Below are positions 1-8,365 of a stretch of DNA of 64,000 bases, piece by piece. Both the position numbers and the translations under genes were made by a program. Origin of the DNA: a virus (taxonomy: Duplodnaviria > Caudoviricetes); IMG/VR virus record IMGVR_UViG_3300027805_000006; one strand, written 5' to 3'. The notes beneath the pieces are model-generated. The model was not told where the DNA came from, did not search any database, and saw only the letters and a list, made by a program, of their open reading frames with translations. The number at the start of each line of letters is the position of its first letter. Position 1 is the first letter of the stretch.

Positions 1-2
1 AC

Positions 3-719
3 GGTACCTACTGGCACAGCGCTAAGTTCCAAAATGAAAAGCAGAGTTTAGAAAAACTGACCATGATGGAGCAGATTGGCTGTCGTCTAATTACGCTGCA
101 GGAGCACCTGTGGGTCAATAAGCCTGAGCACGTCAAGAACCGGTTGGCGTCAATTCTAGGTAGAAATAAACGAGTGCAGGGTAGAAAAACAGAGGTACGC
201 GAGATTGACAAGGAAGCGGCGCGGGAGTTCCTAACTGAGAACCACCTTCAGGGCTATGCACGTTCAACTGTGCAACTTGGTCTGTTTTACAAGGATGAAC
301 TCATCTCAGTTGCTACCTTCTCAAAGCCAAGGTGGGCAAAAAAGCATGACTGGGAATTAATTCGCATGGCTTCAAAGGCTGGATTAATGGTGCAGGGTGG
401 ACCATCAAAACTTATATCTGAGTTTAGGAAAAATTATTCTGGAAGTTTAATAAGTTACGCTGATCGGTGCTGGAGCACAGGCAACGTTTATAATCAAGTT
501 GGTTTTAAGTTTAGCCACTTTACGACTCCCTCCTATTGGTGGATCCACCATATGTTGGGAACATATGCCAGGTACCAGACACAGAAGAAAAAACTTCCAA
601 GGCTCCTCACAGATCTTAATAAGACGTTTTCTCCAGAACTTTCTGAGGAAGACAATATGCGAATTGCTGGGTTTTTGCCGCTGTATGACCGAGGAAATAG
701 CGTTTGGATTTTAGCCTAA
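3..719 (+). CDS. Hef-like homing endonuclease (PD-(D/E)XK/Vsr-like), 5' end outside the window
   Basis: The frame is open from base 3 (GTYWHSAKFQNEKQSLEKLTMMEQIGCRLITLQEHLW), matching the GxYWHS...LIxxxExxW nuclease motif. It is followed by the Hef-type C-terminal domain (FLTENHLQG, LGLFYKDELISVATF, WELIRMAS, SYADRCWSTGNVY, YDRGN). Confidence 0.8.
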   Translation, partial: GTYWHSAKFQNEKQSLEKLTMMEQIGCRLITLQEHLWVNKPEHVKNRLASILGRNKRVQGRKTEVREIDKEAAREFLTENHLQGYARSTVQLGLFYKDELISVATFSKPRWAKKHDWELIRMASKAGLMVQGGPSKLISEFRKNYSGSLISYADRCWSTGNVYNQVGFKFSHFTTPSYWWIHHMLGTYARYQTQKKKLPRLLTDLNKTFSPELSEEDNMRIAGFLPLYDRGNSVWILA

Positions 720-1028
720 TTCGTTGCTGACGACAAGCGTCTTGACGCCATCTCGCTCTTCTACCTTTAGACGGAGCGTATCTAGTTGCTCATCCGATAG
801 GTAACTATTCATGCCCCATCTTTTTCCATGCTTCGTGGAAAATAGCCAGTCATTATACTTGTATTCTACTGACGACAACTCACCGTCTTTTATTTGCGTG
901 TATTTTCCAATAAGTTCAGCAACGTGCACTGGCTTACCAGCATCGAGCCACTTTTTGATTGTTTCGACGGCAAGCCTACCTCGCATGGATACCTTATCGC
1001 TGAAGTCCAGTATTTCCGTCAGAAGCAT
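711..1028 (-). CDS. Hypothetical protein, candidate head-internal protein (leader MLLTE)
   Basis: 105 aa, last gene of the tightly packed 711-2668 array. C-terminal LKV..RDGVKTL resembles LKV..IDGVKTL in 2315-2668. Confidence 0.75.
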   Translation of the reverse strand: MLLTEILDFSDKVSMRGRLAVETIKKWLDAGKPVHVAELIGKYTQIKDGELSSVEYKYNDWLFSTKHGKRWGMNSYLSDEQLDTLRLKVEERDGVKTLVVSNELG

Positions 1029-1625
1029 TTAAACCTCTTTTTGATTTACCCAAATAGTTTCAAGAGGTTTCTTTACTATGCTTTTTCCTTCAGAAATAAT
1101 TCCAATTTTCATCTGCTTAATCATTTGGGGAGTTATGTCTCTTGAGCGAAGACCACCTCTTAAGAAGAAATGAACAGGTACAGGTGCATCGCCAAGCATG
1201 CGGCGAATAGTACGCATTCTTCCTCTTCCCTCGTGTCCCCTTATTTTTGGCAGTGAAAACAGATCATCTTCATCTTCTGAAAATTGTATTGATAAGAAAG
1301 GAATTCCAACCGCATATCCCTCTTTTATCAGACGTTCAAGTTCTATAGATGTAGGTTCCTGTGCGCCATCATCAGAAAGAGCCAGGCTTAAAAACACTGA
1401 AGGCTTAACCATTGCCACAAAGCCCTCATACCAAACATTTTGATTACTTGGTACTGAACCTAGCCCATCAGAAGCGCTAAAGGTTATATCACCTATTCTG
1501 TAATTTTTTTCCGCGTGGGCTGGTGACCAGGCAGGAGCATCAACAATTTTCTTGGCATAGACCTTTCGGTCTTCTTTATTTTCTCTTACGGATGTAATTC
1601 CAAGAAACTGCTTAAACGTCTTCAT
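1029..1625 (-). CDS. Candidate head-internal protein with ParB/sulfiredoxin-like domain
   Basis: Leader MKTFKQFL. PFL...KIRGHEGRGRMRTIRRMLGDAPVPV resembles the ParB/Srx (D)GHHR...A...LG...VPV motif. Confidence 0.65.
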   Translation of the reverse strand: MKTFKQFLGITSVRENKEDRKVYAKKIVDAPAWSPAHAEKNYRIGDITFSASDGLGSVPSNQNVWYEGFVAMVKPSVFLSLALSDDGAQEPTSIELERLIKEGYAVGIPFLSIQFSEDEDDLFSLPKIRGHEGRGRMRTIRRMLGDAPVPVHFFLRGGLRSRDITPQMIKQMKIGIISEGKSIVKKPLETIWVNQKEV

Positions 1626-1628
1626 AAC

Positions 1629-1991
1629 TTATTTTTCCTTATGACCAGTAAAAATAAGTTTATTGTGCCCTTTACCATTAACATTAAACAGTATTTTAAA
1701 CTTGTCCACGTCTTCTTCTTTAATTTCCATCTCTCTTTGGCCCGTAAAGTCACCAAAATCCTCGTTCCAGTGATCGTAATAGATAACAACAGGTGTTTGT
1801 ATTTTTCCAGAAGAGTCCGTATATGGATGCCCAACTTCCGCACCACCGACCACTCCGACATAATAGCCATCATCATAGTTGTCAATAAAGATATTCAAAC
1901 CATTGTGCGTATCACTAACACGGTTTATCATTTTTATAAAAAATGCCGCGTCTATCATCTCAGTAATAAACTGTTTAAAGGTTTTTTGCAT
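1629..1991 (-). CDS. Candidate head-internal protein (leader MQKTFKQFITE)
   Basis: 120 aa. Paralogous N-terminus with its neighbours (FxxE(M/F)xDxxFxxK(M/L)I). Confidence 0.75.
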   Translation of the reverse strand: MQKTFKQFITEMIDAAFFIKMINRVSDTHNGLNIFIDNYDDGYYVGVVGGAEVGHPYTDSSGKIQTPVVIYYDHWNEDFGDFTGQREMEIKEEDVDKFKILFNVNGKGHNKLIFTGHKEK

Positions 1992-1992
1992 T

Positions 1993-2328
1993 TTAATCTT
2001 TCATCAGCAGCGCATTTCTCTTCTTGCCGGTGGGAGATAGTACAGTGCCAAAATAAAGTTTATCAATATCATCTTTGTGAATGGATAAAACCGCTGGAAC
2101 AAATGTGTGTTCATACTCGCTCCACGCTTTGAACTCAATATCTATACCACCGCCAGAATTAACACTAACACCATCATATTCTGGTGATTCAATTTCACCT
2201 TCTTCATAGTTACCATCATTGTAGTAGCCTTGAAGATAAAGAGGGGAAATAGCCTGCTTTTTCCTAATTAACTTTACAAGAAACTCTGAATCCATAAATT
2301 CAAGAAGGAAGTGCTTAAATGTTTTCAT
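1993..2328 (-). CDS. Candidate head-internal protein (leader MKTFKHFLLE)
   Basis: 111 aa, paralogous N-terminus, abuts or overlaps its neighbours. Confidence 0.75.
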   Translation of the reverse strand: MKTFKHFLLEFMDSEFLVKLIRKKQAISPLYLQGYYNDGNYEEGEIESPEYDGVSVNSGGGIDIEFKAWSEYEHTFVPAVLSIHKDDIDKLYFGTVLSPTGKKRNALLMKD

Positions 2329-2668
2329 CTTTAGTAAGTATTAAGGTTTTGACGCCATCAATTGTTTTTACTTTGAGGTTTGGAATTAGGCTTCTGTGAA
2401 TATGGATAATTGGATTATTTTTATCAAAATCATCATCAAAATTCTTCCTATATTCAACAAACAGACCTTCCAAACTTCCCACCCAGACCTTGTTAATAAA
2501 ACCTTTTGCTTGCATAGAAGAATCGTTTGGCAAGTCATATTGAACAAGTGGAAAGTCTTCTGGTGCTATTTTAATGGCAAATTTGCCGCCGGCATCAACT
2601 GACTTCTTTATCATCTTGACAATGAATTCTTTATCGAACTCTAATAGAAATTGCTTGAATGTCATCAT
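2315..2668 (-). CDS. Candidate head-internal protein (leader MMTFKQFLLE)
   Basis: 117 aa, first gene of the array, about 20 nt downstream of a GTAAATA box. Confidence 0.75.
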   Translation of the reverse strand: MMTFKQFLLEFDKEFIVKMIKKSVDAGGKFAIKIAPEDFPLVQYDLPNDSSMQAKGFINKVWVGSLEGLFVEYRKNFDDDFDKNNPIIHIHRSLIPNLKVKTIDGVKTLILTKDENI

Positions 2669-2689
2669 TTTTGAAAGTAAAGTACAATA

Positions 2690-2696
2690 TATTTAC
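2690..2696 (-). promoter_or_regulatory. Late promoter-like box GTAAATA for the internal-protein array
   Basis: TAAATA core in the intergenic gap, as upstream of most late genes here; gp55 is encoded in the window. Confidence 0.6.
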
Positions 2697-2736
2697 TGAG
2701 AATAGAGACTATTATAACAATTATTCAAGACAAAAC

Positions 2737-2758
2737 GAAAGGGCCCGAAGGCCCTTTC
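2737..2758 (-). terminator. Rho-independent terminator after tail sheath, C(UUCG)G tetraloop
   Basis: Minus strand GAAAGGGCC-TTCG-GGCCCTTTC followed by GTTTT; T4-type UUCG hairpin. Confidence 0.85.
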
Positions 2759-2778
2759 TTAATTAGGTTAGAAATTTA

Positions 2779-4626
2779 TTAGATTTCTGCGCCAGTGTTT
2801 ACAACACGAATTGGGATGTAGATAAATTCTGCTGCCTTTGTTGGTTTGATTGCAACATCTAGATATAGTTCGTTGCGATCAATACGGTCTGGCGTGTTAT
2901 TGCTCTCATCACAGTATGAAGCATAATCCATAAGACCACGCTTGATAAGGATGTCATTCATGATACCATCGGCTGCTGCCTTCAGGTTGTCACGAGTGAT
3001 TTGGTCATTTGGCTCGAACACGAAAGGTAGAGCACCCTTACGAAGGGCTCTGCGTAGGAACATGACCAGCCGTACAACGTTGATGCGGTCCAGAGCAGAT
3101 GCTGCCGGTGCTGACGTCTTCTGACCCCATACAATTAGACCACGACCTGGGAAGAATACGATTGGATTGATGTTCTTGTCGTACTCATACAGGTTGTCGC
3201 GTTGACCTTCATTCAGATTTGACTCGATGAAAGTGGTTGCTGTGCCTGGGGTGCCAGTAAAGTAACCTACCTGTGAAACACCTGTTACGATACCACGCTG
3301 GATACCGGCTGGAGCAAACCATACATATGAAGCGTTATCGCTATATGCAAGTGTCTTAAGTGCTGTTCCTGATGGTGCGCCTAGAACGTTACGTCCATCT
3401 AGGTTAGACATCAGGCACCATGGGTAGTAGTAAGCAGCATTATTGCTGGAGAAGCGGGCTGATGAAAGCGCCCATTGAGCGGCTTGCTCAGGTGTCTTGT
3501 CGCCTGGAACATCAGCAATTACCATTGCCTCTTCTTTGACTGAAGTGCTAAGAGCAAGAAGTTCATCAACTACTTCTGGATAGCCTGGGCAAAGGATTAG
3601 ATTATACTCATACAGTGGTGAGCGAACTTCGGTATTGCTGTTGATTGCAGCCTGAAGAGCAGTTGTAATTGCAACCCGCTTAGCAGCATCATTTGCGCCT
3701 AGAGGAGCAGAGATTGTTACTGGGTTAACATCAATAGTAAATTCATCACCTGCTACGAATGGTGTAGTTCCAGCGATTGCAGTAAAGTTGATTCTATTGT
3801 TGTCAAATGGAGAACCTACAACACCAGAACCTGCAACACCAGAAACTGTACCAGTTACGGAATAGGCTGTTGGCGTTGTGAATGTTACAGTAAAGGTTTC
3901 ATCAATTGCTAGGGTATCAGGGACTAGAGCAACTAGTGTTCCATTTCCCGTGTTTGCAACACCTGGTACTGCAACATATACTAGCGAGAACATGAACTTA
4001 TCACCAATTGCAAAAGGTGTAGAACCATCGTTAACAGTCAAATCAACTACTGTTGAGGTGAATGGAATTCCAACAGCGCCTGCACCAACATAACCAGACA
4101 GTGAGCCTGTTACGGTGAAGGTAGATGGTGATGTGAATGTTACAGAAATTGTCTGTGGCTCAACCACAGAACTTGCACCAGAGATTGAACTAATTGTTCC
4201 ATTTCCAATTCCATTGAATACGATGGAACTAGACTGTGCCTCTGGAGTTCCTAGGCTCATGAATGAACGTGGCTCATCAGACAAGTCAATATTTGCGCGT
4301 ACGACAAATGCACGATTTCCAATGTCAAGGAACTGATTGAGTGCCAATAGACCATACTCATTACGAGCATCACCGTGGAATTCATTATTTGAGGAATCCT
4401 TCCGGAAATGTGGAATACCATACAGTTCAAGTGCTTGTGCTCTTGAGGTAACTGTGCGTACTACTCCAGATTCCAGAGTGCCGGCTGCAGGGGTGACACC
4501 ATTTGGTTGGGTCTTTCCTGCTCTTGTTGCCACGAAGAACAGTGGCAGCGTTGGAGCAGAAACAGGGATAAAAAAGCTCTCATTAACTACTGAGACTGAG
4601 ACGCCTGGTGATACTAGTGTTGGCAT
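2779..4626 (-). CDS. gp18: Contractile tail sheath protein with two inserted beta-rich modules
   Basis: N-terminal SPGVSV..VNES. C-terminal sheath motifs: YYYPW, WFAPAG..RG, INPIVFFPG.G..VWGQKT, ALDRINVVRL, FVFEPND, NTPDRIDRNEL. Confidence 0.95.
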   Translation of the reverse strand: MPTLVSPGVSVSVVNESFFIPVSAPTLPLFFVATRAGKTQPNGVTPAAGTLESGVVRTVTSRAQALELYGIPHFRKDSSNNEFHGDARNEYGLLALNQFLDIGNRAFVVRANIDLSDEPRSFMSLGTPEAQSSSIVFNGIGNGTISSISGASSVVEPQTISVTFTSPSTFTVTGSLSGYVGAGAVGIPFTSTVVDLTVNDGSTPFAIGDKFMFSLVYVAVPGVANTGNGTLVALVPDTLAIDETFTVTFTTPTAYSVTGTVSGVAGSGVVGSPFDNNRINFTAIAGTTPFVAGDEFTIDVNPVTISAPLGANDAAKRVAITTALQAAINSNTEVRSPLYEYNLILCPGYPEVVDELLALSTSVKEEAMVIADVPGDKTPEQAAQWALSSARFSSNNAAYYYPWCLMSNLDGRNVLGAPSGTALKTLAYSDNASYVWFAPAGIQRGIVTGVSQVGYFTGTPGTATTFIESNLNEGQRDNLYEYDKNINPIVFFPGRGLIVWGQKTSAPAASALDRINVVRLVMFLRRALRKGALPFVFEPNDQITRDNLKAAADGIMNDILIKRGLMDYASYCDESNNTPDRIDRNELYLDVAIKPTKAAEFIYIPIRVVNTGAEI

Positions 4627-4678
4627 ATTTTTCTCCTATCAACGCGTTGAATGCGTTTTGTTTATTTTCTAACAGAGG

Positions 4679-4685
4679 TATTTAC
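4679..4685 (-). promoter_or_regulatory. Late promoter-like box GTAAATA for gp18
   Basis: TAAATA about 50 nt upstream of the ATG; SD AGGAG present. Confidence 0.65.
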
Positions 4686-4839
4686 GGGTTTAACCGGTTT
4701 TTCCTTTGGTTTTTAAGTTACTTTGCAACATTCCACTAGGCTAAGACTTTTAATTTTAGCAACAATTTCATCTACTTATGATTTGTGTAAAGTTGCTCTT
4801 AGACCAAACCAATATGCACCCTTATGAAACCATTTTGCT

Positions 4840-5658
4840 TTATACAACTGGTTCTGGTTCTGGTGGAACTGGTCCAATTGGCGGCTTCTGTTCGTAGTTA
4901 GGGCTGCTTGGGTCTGTTGTGTCAATAATCTCCTCAGCCAGCGGTGTATCAAACCTCACAATAGCACCGTCAGCATCCACTTCATTTACTTCCATACTTC
5001 CTAGGTCACCAATTCTAATGAAGATTTTTCTGACAAGGTCATCCTTTACGCCCATTGGAATGCTTAGATAGATGGGCATTTCAAAGGTTAGCGTCCATTG
5101 TACAATTCTTCTATCAGTTGAAGATGGATAATTTTCCTCATTAGCAATATCAGTAAGTTCAACTCGCGTCAATTTTGTCCAGTCAAATGGTCCATCTGAC
5201 TTTTGAATTTGAATATCAGGGTTGAACAGTACTAATACCTGTTCAAGTATCTGGTGCATCTGGTCCATATTTGATGAATAGATGCTTAGTTCAATTGTCG
5301 TATTGTATGGAATAGGCATTGCTCTTTTTACAACAGTCAAGTCATCAGGAAACACGCCGCCTACCGGCATAGTAACTCGCTGGTCTAATAGGCCTGGTGT
5401 TCTTCTTCTCTCTGGTGCTAGTGTAATGCTCTGCATATGAACTGCCATGACTGGCAGGCTGAACGTTCTATTTTGTGTATTGCCTGCCATAACTGCAGAA
5501 ACTACTCGGTCTCGGTGTCCAATCACAATTGGTACTGATATCAACTGCTGTTCATCACAAGAACCTTTACCTGTTTTAACGCACAGCCCATAGAATATGC
5601 TGCAGAACTGCAGCATATATGCTCGTATTTGACTGTTATAGAAGTAATGGTTTATCAT
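4840..5658 (-). CDS. gp15: Tail terminator / sheath stabiliser
   Basis: N-terminus HYFYNSQIRAY resembles T4 gp15 (YFYNSSFRRY). Also PIPYNTTIELSIYS..MDQMHQILEQVLVLFNP, and it lies between gp14 and gp18. Confidence 0.85.
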   Translation of the reverse strand: MINHYFYNSQIRAYMLQFCSIFYGLCVKTGKGSCDEQQLISVPIVIGHRDRVVSAVMAGNTQNRTFSLPVMAVHMQSITLAPERRRTPGLLDQRVTMPVGGVFPDDLTVVKRAMPIPYNTTIELSIYSSNMDQMHQILEQVLVLFNPDIQIQKSDGPFDWTKLTRVELTDIANEENYPSSTDRRIVQWTLTFEMPIYLSIPMGVKDDLVRKIFIRIGDLGSMEVNEVDADGAIVRFDTPLAEEIIDTTDPSSPNYEQKPPIGPVPPEPEPVV

Positions 5659-5664
5659 ACGTAT

Positions 5665-5671
5665 TATTTAA
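5665..5671 (-). promoter_or_regulatory. Late promoter-like box TTAAATA, 6 nt before the gp15 ATG
   Basis: Minus strand TTAAATA-ATACGT-ATG; no SD. Confidence 0.5.
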
Positions 5672-5689
5672 ACTGGGTTAGTTGAAACT

Positions 5690-7537
5690 TTACAACTTGC
5701 TTGTCAATGATTTCTTTTCTTCAAGGTTCAAAATCGCCAACTGTGATGGCTTGTGTGCAGAGCGTTCATTTCGCCTGTCAGTTTCAACGAAAATCCAGCG
5801 GTTCTTGACCGTGCTGAACTTATAAAGACGGGATGCAATCCTCATTTCTGGAGGATAGTTTAGTCTAAAGAACGAACCATCTGTTTGGCCTGCAACATCA
5901 GGTAGTTTAAAGCCCTCAGTGTAAGGCTGTCCATCTGGTGGCAGACCGTCTTCAACATAAAGACCTCTGCCATCATAACTACCAGGTCGATTAAACCTGT
6001 CCATACCAGATGCATTTTCACGAACGTTTGTTCCCTTCTCGGGAACAGCCTGTTCTGCTTCAGCCTGATTATTCTCTGTAACAGTTAGAGGTGCAGTTTG
6101 AATTTGCTCAATGCCATCAAAGAATGTTGCATCGTCAATTGAATATTTTTGCGTATTGATGGTGCCAAGAATGTCTCGGTGTTCCTGTCCTGGAATTAAC
6201 TGCTGTGCAGTGAATCGATAGAGGATAGGCTTCCACCCAGTGCTATAGCCCTCTGCTGACCAGCCCACATCAGTTATCTCCAGAAATTTGCGTACTGGCT
6301 TTAGGTTGTGGTCATACTGAATTTCTGCTGGAAGGTCAAGAACGTCACCTACGACAATTGGGCGCCCAAGTGCTCTTACCATTTCAGCAAATGAAAGAGT
6401 AAAGGTGTAAACATCTGCAATCTGGAAGCCAAACTTAGACATATCATTCATACCATCAAATGGCTGATACGATGCCTTAAGTTGAATACTGGATGTTGCG
6501 TAGTCTCTGTCTCTATTCTCCATCCAAAGTGTGTCTTGTATGTTATCAAGACTTGTAGCAGTATAGTCAAACAGTTCAAGTTTATCTACAGACCATGCTT
6601 CCCCAATACCACCAAGAAAAACAGTTGGCACAATTCTCCAGTACCTTGACGCTGATGACTGTTTGATGCTGATTGTTGCCGCTGTTGGAATATCAGGAAG
6701 GTTAACTACATCTACTCTAAACCAGTCAAGTTCTATAGGCACGGTAAAAAAATCACCTAGTGCAAATGGAATTGTTCCTGCTGTAATAGTGAATGAGCCT
6801 TCTTCACAGTTGAAGCGTTGGTTAACCGTCGCAACACCTACTACAGAAATTCCAGTGCTTTCCATAAACGTCACTGAGAATGTTGTGGCTGAGAGGGCTG
6901 AAAGCATAAACAAACCAGGTCTAGATGAAAGACCAGATCTAAATGCTTCAAATACTCCATTTCCAGTGCCGGTATATTCAACTTTGGTATAGTCGACCTT
7001 ATAGCCACCATTTGAGCGGTCAATTCTAACCTGTCTTGCCCTTACTGGCCCTGGCTGTGTAATCTTAAATGATGTTATGTGTTGTGCTGCAGAAACCCCT
7101 GGCGCATTTTCATCTTGTCCATAACTTGTTTGCCGCACACCAAAATCATAGCCTATCCATGCTGGTGTTAATAGTACGTCTGTGCTAGTTTCATCGCTTA
7201 CCCATGACGGAGCAAGAGAGTCAAATGCATTTGATGCATCTCCACTGGATGAAATTGCGCTTCCATTTCCAGTCAAGTCAATTAATTTTCCCTGTTCGTG
7301 AATTCCCAGCAGTTTGAAAACATTGATTGGCACACCAGAAATATTGAGTGCCTCTGCTGCTAGTTGCTCCTGGAAGTTGTTCTCTGGAACAGCACAGTCG
7401 CCTTGAGTGATAGTGAAGTCACCCTTACACAGATCGGGTGGGATATAAGGGCCTGGGCTAGGCAACGGAGAATTTGCAGGGTTATTGATTGACCCTGCAC
7501 CGTCTGGGCACTCAGTAATTGGAAGTTTGGATGTCAT
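5690..7537 (-). CDS. gp14: Neck/head-closure protein with large internal insertion
   Basis: gp14-like segments (AEALNISGVPINVFKL; ENRDRDY...FGFQIADVYTF; GDVLDLP...FLEITDV) flank an insert of about 250 aa with a discoidin-like part (AFD...W...WIGYDFG) and a GTGNG module. Confidence 0.75.
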   Translation of the reverse strand: MTSKLPITECPDGAGSINNPANSPLPSPGPYIPPDLCKGDFTITQGDCAVPENNFQEQLAAEALNISGVPINVFKLLGIHEQGKLIDLTGNGSAISSSGDASNAFDSLAPSWVSDETSTDVLLTPAWIGYDFGVRQTSYGQDENAPGVSAAQHITSFKITQPGPVRARQVRIDRSNGGYKVDYTKVEYTGTGNGVFEAFRSGLSSRPGLFMLSALSATTFSVTFMESTGISVVGVATVNQRFNCEEGSFTITAGTIPFALGDFFTVPIELDWFRVDVVNLPDIPTAATISIKQSSASRYWRIVPTVFLGGIGEAWSVDKLELFDYTATSLDNIQDTLWMENRDRDYATSSIQLKASYQPFDGMNDMSKFGFQIADVYTFTLSFAEMVRALGRPIVVGDVLDLPAEIQYDHNLKPVRKFLEITDVGWSAEGYSTGWKPILYRFTAQQLIPGQEHRDILGTINTQKYSIDDATFFDGIEQIQTAPLTVTENNQAEAEQAVPEKGTNVRENASGMDRFNRPGSYDGRGLYVEDGLPPDGQPYTEGFKLPDVAGQTDGSFFRLNYPPEMRIASRLYKFSTVKNRWIFVETDRRNERSAHKPSQLAILNLEEKKSLTSKL

Positions 7538-8310
7538 AGGTTCACTTGAGGTGGCTCACAGGAAATATGATATCTATTTAGGGCAACCAGTGTAGTTTCC
7601 TTGCGACACCGACAACACGAGGCTCTTGGCACAAATTGTCTTCCTTTATTAACTACTGACAGATGTGCACGTTGTGCTTCTGTCATAGGAATTCCCTTTG
7701 GGCGGCCTCCCTTGTTGGTACCAAGTTTCATGCGAGTTACTGCCGCCTTTTGACCGCGCTGTTTGAGAACTTCTTGAGGTGCTGAGGAATAGTAGCGCTC
7801 TTGACCAGCTTTGAGATTTTGCTTTTGGCCGCCGGTGCGCTTCTTGCCGGTATTGGCCTTGGCACGCTTGGCCACAATCTCAGGAGTAGCGATCTTCTTG
7901 ATGTGTTCAGCCATGGCGACAGCGTCAGCCTTGCGCTTTGCCCACATCAAATCTGCTGCCTCCTTGCACTTCCGCCGTGCTTCTTCACGCAAGGTCTTGA
8001 TTTCTTCCTGATTTGCATTTCCACCCTTGATGATGTTCATGCACATAGGATTTGATAGCATTTCATCAGTTACAATTTCACCTTCCCGTCTAATGAGCGT
8101 TGCACGATCTTCACAATGCTCCAGAATTTGAACAATGTGGGCATTTTTGCCATGCTTTTTAATACTCTTCCAAAGGCGTGATCCACTTCCTTGATACCCG
8201 TCGTTTAGATCATCGGTGCTGTGTAGTCCTATGTACCACTTGCCGGTGAGCGTGCAGGTAGTCTTGTAGATGATGTGATACTTGCGGTGTTTCGGTCTAG
8301 TGACTTCCAT
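7534..8310 (-). CDS. Free-standing GIY-YIG (Seg-like) homing endonuclease
   Basis: IIYKTTC...GKWYIGLHSTDDLNDGYQGSG, NUMOD3-like basic repeats and a C-terminal Cys cluster. Confidence 0.9.
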   Translation of the reverse strand: MEVTRPKHRKYHIIYKTTCTLTGKWYIGLHSTDDLNDGYQGSGSRLWKSIKKHGKNAHIVQILEHCEDRATLIRREGEIVTDEMLSNPMCMNIIKGGNANQEEIKTLREEARRKCKEAADLMWAKRKADAVAMAEHIKKIATPEIVAKRAKANTGKKRTGGQKQNLKAGQERYYSSAPQEVLKQRGQKAAVTRMKLGTNKGGRPKGIPMTEAQRAHLSVVNKGRQFVPRASCCRCRKETTLVALNRYHISCEPPQVNL

Positions 8311-8332
8311 AGGTGCTCCTTGCTGAAGTACC

Positions 8333-8340
8333 TATTTATA
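8333..8340 (-). promoter_or_regulatory. Exact T4 late promoter TATAAATA for the GIY-YIG gene
   Basis: Minus strand TATAAATA, then SD AGGAG and ATG at 8310. Confidence 0.75.
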
Positions 8341-8365
8341 TCATTAGGCCCAAACATTCCACAGT

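Noticed and set aside
4639-4650. 12-bp palindrome TCAACGCGTTGA next to the gp18 SD
   Set aside because: A single short instance with no repeat elsewhere; it may be a minor leader hairpin but is unsupported.
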